Position numbers and translations under genes: made by a program
Shown: piece after piece, positions 58,318 through 64,000 of the stretch
Layout: each line of letters opens with the position of its first letter
Position numbering within the stretch: the stretch's first letter is position 1
Origin: Verrucomicrobiota bacterium
Lineage (GTDB): Bacteria; Verrucomicrobiota; Verrucomicrobiia; Opitutales; Opitutaceae
Direction of reading: 5' to 3'
Length of the DNA stretch: 64,000 bases
Assembly: GCA_023430825.1 (NCBI GenBank)
Contig: JAEYYL010000003.1
Location: 3,791-67,790 of the forward strand
Notes under the pieces: model-generated
Database searches by the model: none
What the model saw: the letters and a program-made list of their open reading frames with translations, nothing else
What the model was told of the DNA's origin: nothing

Positions 58318-58923
58318 ATGTCCGGCCGCAACCGCTACCTTGATGTCAGGTCACAATACGCAAATCTCCGCGAGTCCTTCGACAAACGCGCGGGCTTGGA
58401 GATTGCCACAGCTTCCCGCAAACCGTCTGAGCCGTGTATTTTCCTGTCCCATCGGAGCACCGACAAGGCCGCAGTGCGCAAGATCGGTGAGTATATCATG
58501 AGCAAAGGCATCGACGTTTATCTCGACGCCGATGACCCCAACCTCCAACGCGCCGATCTCGCGAACGATCACAAGGCCATCACCGCAGCCATAGAGCTGG
58601 GAATCGCCAATTCTACGGACCTTCTGGCCTACTTGACCGCGAACACCAAGGAATCGCCTTGGGTCCCCTACGAAATCGGCTTCGCCAAGCGTAACGGCAA
58701 TTACCTAGCGGCCATGAAAGCCAAGGACCTGACACGGCTTCCGAGTTACCTGGAGATCGTTCGTCAGATCAACGGCATTGCGGAGTTGAACACCTATCTC
58801 CGCGATGTGCTCAGCAGGCAGCAGGTCATCTACGGCAGCGCAAACTACACCCGCAACGCCTTGGTCGAGCAGCTGAAGCAGGCCTACCAAGGTATCGAAT
58901 TGAGCGCTTACCTAGACTACTAA
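58318..58923 (+). CDS. TIR-domain protein
   Basis: CIFLSHRSTDKAAVRKIGEYIMSKGIDVYLDADD and SPWVPYEIGFA (candidate catalytic Glu). 201 aa from the ATG at 58318. Confidence 0.7.
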   Translation: MSGRNRYLDVRSQYANLRESFDKRAGLEIATASRKPSEPCIFLSHRSTDKAAVRKIGEYIMSKGIDVYLDADDPNLQRADLANDHKAITAAIELGIANSTDLLAYLTANTKESPWVPYEIGFAKRNGNYLAAMKAKDLTRLPSYLEIVRQINGIAELNTYLRDVLSRQQVIYGSANYTRNALVEQLKQAYQGIELSAYLDY

Positions 58924-58932
58924 CTTTCCATC

Positions 58933-59388
58933 ATGTCTGGCTACCTCGTCCTCCCCCGCACCGCGCTCGATCTCCATGGCGGCACCATGCCCGCCGCGCC
59001 GGAGCAGATCGGCTTCCTCGATTTTCTCAGGGAGATCGAGCAGGACCCGTTCCCTTTCGCGCCACGTGCCCGGCTCTGCATCACTGGACTGGACGAGTTG
59101 CTTATTTCGCAGGACTGCACCCACCAGCGCATCACGCCTGCGGCTTCCGCCCTCCTGCTCGATTACCGTCGTCGTCTCAAGCGCGCCGCATCTGAGGTCA
59201 ACCACCTCGCAGATATCCAGGTCCCTGTCGCATATCCGCTCCGCCTCGGCGGTGAAAAGGACCTCGGCGCCCACCATACGAAACACGACTTCGTGCCACT
59301 CTGGCAACTCTTTGGAAAGAATCCGAGTTCGCGAGAGGTCATCACCGGCAAGGTGTTTGGCTACCATTTCGCGGAGACCCTTTCGTGA
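58933..59388 (+). CDS. hypothetical protein (151 aa), translationally coupled to the helicase
   Basis: Its stop overlaps the helicase GTG start (GTGA). No motif recognised. Its position matches where small accessory proteins sit in DUF1156/DUF499 loci. Confidence 0.55.
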   Translation: MSGYLVLPRTALDLHGGTMPAAPEQIGFLDFLREIEQDPFPFAPRARLCITGLDELLISQDCTHQRITPAASALLLDYRRRLKRAASEVNHLADIQVPVAYPLRLGGEKDLGAHHTKHDFVPLWQLFGKNPSSREVITGKVFGYHFAETLS

Positions 59389-62216
59389 GCACAGCCGGAC
59401 CTGAAACAACCGATCTACGGGTCGGCGACCGTGTCCGCATTGCGGGACGTTACGCACACGGCGTCGGCGAAGTCCTCCGCGTGCAACAGACCGGCGGTCT
59501 CGTCATCGCGGATGTCGTATTTGACGGGCAAGGAGGCCGGCGACTTGAGACGCTTCCCGTCAGCCGGCTCGAAAAAGCGTCGTCGCCTTGGGATCGCCTG
59601 CGCGCCGGTCACTACGACGATCCGCGTGACTTTTTGCTTCGTCAGCTCGCGTGGCAGTTCGCTCTGGGCAACTCCGGCGGGGAGCTTTCGAACGCCAAGA
59701 CGGCGTTGCTGCCACACCAGATTCTTCTCACCCACGATCTGGTGAAGATGCAGCGCCGTCGCGTGCTCGTCGCCGACGATGTCGGCTTGGGCAAGACGAT
59801 CGAAACAGGCATGGCCATTCGCGAACTCATCACCCGAGGAGAGGCGCGACGTGTGCTCATCATCACGCCAGCCGGTCTGGTGAAGAACTGGCAGCGCGAG
59901 CTGCGCGATTGCTTCCGCATCGAGTTCGAGATTCTCGGCACGGATTTCCATGATTACGCACCGACTTCCTGGGAAAATCATCACCGCGTTATCGCGTCGA
60001 TCGATACTCTCAAGCGCCCGCAGCGCACCGAGCGCCTGCTCGCCGCGCCCAAGTGGGACCTCATCGTTTTCGACGAAGCCCACCATCTTACACGTCTTCG
60101 CTACGGCTCGAAGGTTCAGGCCACGCTCAATTACAAGCTGGCTGACGCGCTGCGTGGACACACCCGCGACCTCCTCTTCCTTTCAGCCACGCCACATCAA
60201 GGTGACGCCTATCAGTTCTGGTCCCTGATTCACCTGCTGGACGATCAGCTCTTCGACTCACCCGAGGCGATGGACGCGCATCGTGGCCTTCTCAACCGCG
60301 TCATCATCCGCCGCACCAAACGGGAGGTCACCGATGGCGACGGCAAACCACTCTTCGTTCGCCGCCAAGTCACGACCGAGCGCTTCGAGCCCGCCCTCAG
60401 AGAACAGCGCTTCTACGAGAAGCTCACGAACTACTTGAAAGACGGCTACAATGCCGCGGGGGTTGGACCCAACGGACAGACCTCGCGCCCGTCCCGCGAC
60501 CAACGCGCCATCGGCTTCGTGATGGTCGCATTCCAGAAGATGATGTCGTCGAGTCCTCGCGCCATCCGTCAGGCGCTTCGCCGGCGTCTCCTAGTGTTGC
60601 TTGTTCGCCAGCAGATTGAGGTCGAGATGCGCCGGAAGTCATCCCCGTCGCCCGAGCTGTCCGACCGCTACCTGCGGTTGCAGGACGAAATGCGCGGCCT
60701 CGCGAAGGAGATCTACGCGCTCGCGCCGTCTCCCTCCACTGACGCGCAGGCCGACACCTGCATCGCGCAAGTCAGGGAGCGCACGCTCAAGAAGCTGATC
60801 GAGTCCGAGGACGACACCAACTGGTCCTTGGAATCCGACGAGGAGGGCGACGAAGGCATCTACGGTGATGCGGAAATTCCTGACGAAACCGCCAAGGTCC
60901 GGGAGTTGCTCCGGATCGTGCCTGAGGGGGTGGACCGCAAGTTCGAGCGGCTCGAAATGATCATTGGCAAGCTTCGTGCCGAAAACTCGGGGGAGCGATT
61001 CGTGATCTTCACTCAATACCGGGAGACAATGGAGTTTCTCAAGGCCGAGCTGGCTCGCATCGTCGGCCCCGAGCGTGTCGTCTCAATCCAAGGCGGGCCG
61101 CTCGAAGACAAAATCGCAGCCGCGGAGAAATTCTGGGCGGAAGACGGCGCACGCATCCTCATCTCAACCTCAGCGGGCGGTGAAGGTATCAACCTCCAGA
61201 TCGCACGGGTGCTGTTCAATTACGACCTGCCATGGAATCCGATGGCGGTCGAGCAGCGCATCGGCCGCATTCACCGCTTTGGACAGAAGGAGGTCTCGCA
61301 AGTCTACAACCTCGTGGCCAAAGACACGGTCGAGGAGAATATCTATACGCTGCTGTGGGAGAAGCTGGACCAGATCGCGAAAGCCATCGGCAAGACCGAT
61401 CCAGAAACTGGCGAGCCTTTAGAAGATTTCCGCAGCGACATCCTCGGCTTCCTCGGTTCATCACCCAACTACCAACAGCTTTTCAAGCAAGCGCTGATCG
61501 ACCGCGACTACAACCGCACCAGCAGAGAACTCGATCGCATGATGCAGACCGCCCAAAAAGCACGGTCCGCTTTGCAGGACCTGTCTCAGGACCTTACCAG
61601 TTTCAATCTTGAGCAATACCGCCGGATCTCAGGCCAGTTCCACTTGAAGCAACTCGGGGAATGGTGCCGGGAAGCGGTGGTTCGTCTCGGTGGAAGCGCA
61701 GTCCCCGCGGGCGAGTTTTGGCAGATTATCACGCCGGAGCCGCTCAAGAACTTTCCCAACGTAGGCGCCCGGTATGACAACGTCACGTTCGACCGTGCCC
61801 TCGCGACGCGCAAGAAGGGGTCCGAACTCTTTGGGATCGGCCACCCTTTCGTGGACGCTTTGATTCTACACTTACAAAATCCGCCTTTTGGTGCCGAAGT
61901 CGCCTGCCTCGCCGGTGCAGTGGATAACGCAAGGGTGGAAGCCCGTTATCGAGTAACATGGGATCGAGCTGAGAAGGGTGCGTTCAGCGGCGTCGTCATT
62001 GTTAGCTTGAACGGCACGGCCAGGGTGGAGGAATTGAGCCGCGACCCTGGTCGGTTCAATTCTCCGGCTCCGGACACTTGCTCCACGATCGAACCCGATG
62101 CAGAGGCCCGAGCTGAAGAGACGCTTAACCTCTGGATCTCTTCCCGCCGCACTGAATTCGCCGATGGAACCATTCCACGATGGGAACTACTCGGTGTATC
62201 CGTGCACGGGTATTAG
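59385..62216 (+). CDS. SNF2/RAD54-family helicase (BrxHII-like)
   Basis: Motif I DDVGLGKT, motif II DEAHHL, motif III SATP, GGEGINLQ, and motif VI QRIGRIHRFGQ. 943 aa. Confidence 0.9.
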   Translation: MSTAGPETTDLRVGDRVRIAGRYAHGVGEVLRVQQTGGLVIADVVFDGQGGRRLETLPVSRLEKASSPWDRLRAGHYDDPRDFLLRQLAWQFALGNSGGELSNAKTALLPHQILLTHDLVKMQRRRVLVADDVGLGKTIETGMAIRELITRGEARRVLIITPAGLVKNWQRELRDCFRIEFEILGTDFHDYAPTSWENHHRVIASIDTLKRPQRTERLLAAPKWDLIVFDEAHHLTRLRYGSKVQATLNYKLADALRGHTRDLLFLSATPHQGDAYQFWSLIHLLDDQLFDSPEAMDAHRGLLNRVIIRRTKREVTDGDGKPLFVRRQVTTERFEPALREQRFYEKLTNYLKDGYNAAGVGPNGQTSRPSRDQRAIGFVMVAFQKMMSSSPRAIRQALRRRLLVLLVRQQIEVEMRRKSSPSPELSDRYLRLQDEMRGLAKEIYALAPSPSTDAQADTCIAQVRERTLKKLIESEDDTNWSLESDEEGDEGIYGDAEIPDETAKVRELLRIVPEGVDRKFERLEMIIGKLRAENSGERFVIFTQYRETMEFLKAELARIVGPERVVSIQGGPLEDKIAAAEKFWAEDGARILISTSAGGEGINLQIARVLFNYDLPWNPMAVEQRIGRIHRFGQKEVSQVYNLVAKDTVEENIYTLLWEKLDQIAKAIGKTDPETGEPLEDFRSDILGFLGSSPNYQQLFKQALIDRDYNRTSRELDRMMQTAQKARSALQDLSQDLTSFNLEQYRRISGQFHLKQLGEWCREAVVRLGGSAVPAGEFWQIITPEPLKNFPNVGARYDNVTFDRALATRKKGSELFGIGHPFVDALILHLQNPPFGAEVACLAGAVDNARVEARYRVTWDRAEKGAFSGVVIVSLNGTARVEELSRDPGRFNSPAPDTCSTIEPDAEARAEETLNLWISSRRTEFADGTIPRWELLGVSVHGY

Positions 62217-62255
62217 GACGCGTCCCAAAGCTAGCTGCCCATCGAGCAAGCATTC

Positions 62256-62281
62256 GAGCGGCTCAGCGGAGCTGAGCGCTC
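62256..62281. terminator. stem-loop between the convergent helicase gene and the 62314-62601 gene
   Basis: gagcg(g)ctcagc-gga-gctgagcgctc, with one bulge. Confidence 0.45.
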
Positions 62282-62313
62282 ACATATCGACGGAGAAGGT
62301 TGTCTGCGATCAG

Positions 62314-62601
62314 CTATTGGTCAGCAACATTGAAGCGGGCGAACGCAGGTCCTCTTTTGTCGTTCAGGGCCACAACGTCGTAACCAAACTCGGTATCTAG
62401 GAGGATGGCCCAGGAGATTTCGTGTTTATAGCCACAATCTGCTGCCGGACACGGTAATCCAGGCACATGGCCTTCGATTCCGCAGTTGGGGCAGTTTTGG
62501 GAGGGGAGGCGCTCGTTGAACTGGTCGATAAACTCCAACGCCTTCTTCTTTTGGCAACGGAAGGCAGACTCCAGATAGGATTCGGACTCTTGATCGTTCA
62601 T
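62314..62601 (-). CDS. small Zn-ribbon-like hypothetical protein
   Basis: 95 aa. Contains CPNCG...CPAADCG. Lies downstream of the HTH gene on the same strand. Confidence 0.45.
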   Translation of the reverse strand: MNDQESESYLESAFRCQKKKALEFIDQFNERLPSQNCPNCGIEGHVPGLPCPAADCGYKHEISWAILLDTEFGYDVVALNDKRGPAFARFNVADQ

Positions 62602-62613
62602 CGGTTCATCGGC

Positions 62614-62901
62614 TCAGCGCTTGGACACGGTCACGGCGAATCCAGGCGCACTCGCAGCAGCGACGTCGGAAAGGAACGCGGTCATCAACTTCAGGGCCCA
62701 AGATTTCGGGAGTATAGCGACGACGCGCCCAATTTGCTCGGGCGTGGCAGGGCGATGTCCGTTCAGCAGCCTCGAAATCACGGCGAGATCGAGCCCGGAC
62801 TTCTCTGCAAGTTGCGCAGGTGAATCGGCGAATAATTCCGACACCAGTTGGTGAGCGGACTCTCGGGTTCGTGGAGTTCTGATCTTCTCTCGACGTGGCA
62901 T
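62614..62901 (-). CDS. XRE/Cro-like helix-turn-helix regulator
   Basis: PAQLAEKSGLDLAVISRLLNGHRPATPEQ is a classic HTH_XRE pattern. Confidence 0.6.
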   Translation of the reverse strand: MPRREKIRTPRTRESAHQLVSELFADSPAQLAEKSGLDLAVISRLLNGHRPATPEQIGRVVAILPKSWALKLMTAFLSDVAAASAPGFAVTVSKR

Positions 62902-62920
62902 GCGGACGGCTTGATTCTAA

Positions 62921-62958
62921 CTTGCCAGTTTGTCAATCTCACTTGACAAACTGGCAAG
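62921..62958. promoter_or_regulatory. perfect 16-bp inverted repeat (putative operator overlapping divergent -35 boxes)
   Basis: cttgccagtttgtcaa (62921-62936), spacer tctcac, ttgacaaactggcaag (62943-62958). Each arm contains TTGACA reading outward. It lies between the divergent HTH gene and the 63017 gene. Confidence 0.6.
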
Positions 62959-63016
62959 TTCGCTGATTTGGTTGGCTCAGCTCGTGATCCCAATCACGCA
63001 AAAACTACCTACTACT

Positions 63017-63559
63017 ATGACCGTCACCGAGCTTCTCACTCGTAACCCGACAACAATCATCTCGGTCGCACCAGACCGAAAGGGTTCTTTCAATTTCCCG
63101 CAGGGAATTGGGACTGACGACCCTTTCCTAGACGGTGTTCAGCTTCATGCCGGGCTCCGCCTGCTGCGCTACAATCGTCCCCATCTTTCGCCGCGCTACG
63201 AACGCCTTTGGCCTGCGCTCACCGCGATTCGAGCGGCCGTTACGATGTTCGGTGGCGAACGGATCGTTCCTGAAGTCCTCGTCACCCGCGCTGGGCTTTC
63301 GGGACGCGTAGACCTTCGCGCCGATGGCCCGCAGGGTATCGGGCACGTCGAAGTCAAAGTTGTCGGCCGTCTGCCTGACGCTCCACGCCAGCGCGATCTG
63401 CGCCAAATGTCGCTCTACCTCTCGATGGCCAAAGGCCGTTCACCATCGTGGTGCGCCATAATTTACCTGAACATGGCTGACGGCCAGGCGCGCTACTTCC
63501 TTTTCTCTGATGCGATCGCGACGCTGACAGAGTCGGCGGCTTCTATGGGCCGCAACTAA
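63017..63559 (+). CDS. hypothetical protein with PD-(D/E)xK nuclease-like motif
   Basis: GRVDLRADGPQGIGHVEVKVVG fits a D...ExK pattern in beta-strand context. Start taken at the ATG at 63017. Confidence 0.4.
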   Translation: MTVTELLTRNPTTIISVAPDRKGSFNFPQGIGTDDPFLDGVQLHAGLRLLRYNRPHLSPRYERLWPALTAIRAAVTMFGGERIVPEVLVTRAGLSGRVDLRADGPQGIGHVEVKVVGRLPDAPRQRDLRQMSLYLSMAKGRSPSWCAIIYLNMADGQARYFLFSDAIATLTESAASMGRN

Positions 63560-63566
63560 ACCTGCC

Positions 63567-63938
63567 GTGTCCTGGAATTCGGGAAATATCGAAGCGCAGT
63601 CCACCGACTTCGCAAAGTCTGTTGGTAAGGGGCTGCGGAAAGCTGCGAAGGCGGCCCGCGATGAAGCGCGTCGCCACGGCACCATGCTTTATGGCGCCGT
63701 GAACGGCCGCGTCGTCGCTCGTTCTCCTTGGGAAGGCGCGATCGTCGGGTGGGTGGTGTTCAATCCCGAAACCCACATGTATGCAGGTGGATTGATCGAG
63801 GGCTCGAAGGCCACATGGCGTGGCCGCCGCATCCGTGACGTGAAAGAGAACATTCGTGATACTGCCCGGCGGCTGCATTCCAAGAAGCCGAGCATCTACT
63901 GGTTCGTCCAGCTGGTGCCCACTGATCCGAGTTCGTAA
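63567..63938 (+). CDS. hypothetical protein
   Basis: GTG-initiated 123-aa ORF. No motif recognised and the start is uncertain. Confidence 0.3.
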   Translation: MSWNSGNIEAQSTDFAKSVGKGLRKAAKAARDEARRHGTMLYGAVNGRVVARSPWEGAIVGWVVFNPETHMYAGGLIEGSKATWRGRRIRDVKENIRDTARRLHSKKPSIYWFVQLVPTDPSS

Positions 63939-64000
63939 CGAACCCGCAAATTCATGGACTACCTGACGCGCCGGTCTGTCGCGCAGCAATACGGCGCCCG

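Larger units (their letters stand above)
39430..64000. mobile_element. genomic island / putative integrative mobilisable element inserted at the 3' end of tRNA-Glu (right end not in window)
   Basis: Integrase lies directly after the tRNA. GC drops visibly relative to the flanking chromosome. Cargo is phage/plasmid-type (AAA_25 ATPase, DUF5131, MobC-like plus relaxase-like) plus a defence operon. No direct repeat of the tRNA 3' end was seen before base 64000. Confidence 0.7.

Noticed and set aside
59415-60161. 248-aa minus-strand ORF inside the SNF2 helicase gene, and similar antisense ORFs within the DUF499 and methylase genes (for example 48886-49461, 49546-50148, 54020-54676).
   Set aside because: They are antisense to genes with strong motif support. 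They have no start context and no independent motif.
39430-64000. Search for attR, a direct repeat of the tRNA-Glu 3' end (for example ttcgaatccccgtggggacgcca) that would close the island.
   Set aside because: I found none by eye in this interval. The island boundary therefore cannot be placed within the window, and only the left end is reported.
63954-64000. ATG-initiated open frame at the window edge (MDYLTRRSVAQQYGA...), reminiscent of the start of an AlpA/MerR-type excisionase HTH.
   Set aside because: Only about 15 codons are visible, which is too short to support a call.

Overview
High-GC bacterial chromosome. PEP-CTERM and delta-60-repeat proteins suggest Verrucomicrobiota/Opitutaceae, but that is inference only. 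All calls come from reading the ORF track and sequence by eye: no searches were run, and family names rest on motif recognition. Bases 1-39351 are ordinary housekeeping and envelope genes: tex, an ECF sigma/anti-sigma pair, purE-purK, xdhC/mocA-like genes, a TonB-dependent receptor, an S9 peptidase, tal, cca, rplM-rpsI, argC, a 1985-aa delta-60-repeat surface protein, uvrC, cinA and purC. Many track ORFs are over-extended at the 5' end, and I give corrected starts for them. Long Arg/Pro-rich antisense ORFs are high-GC artefacts. A tRNA-Glu(UUC) lies at 39352-39429. Immediately after it comes a tyrosine integrase and visibly lower-GC DNA that runs to the window end, which fits a tRNA-integrated island, possibly a mobilisable element. 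The island carries an AAA_25-type ATPase interrupted by a stop codon, a DUF5131/Gp37-Gp68 protein and a MobC-like/relaxase-like pair. The main finding is an 11-gene, tightly coupled operon at 48670-62216. It combines BREX-type-3-like core genes (DUF499/BrxC-like ATPase, a miniature PglZ, a DUF1156 Zn-ribbon methyltransferase and an SNF2 helicase) with RHH-PIN, an AlbA_2/Schlafen-like protein, two TIR-domain proteins and two unknowns. This looks like a non-canonical, possibly undescribed composite defence system.
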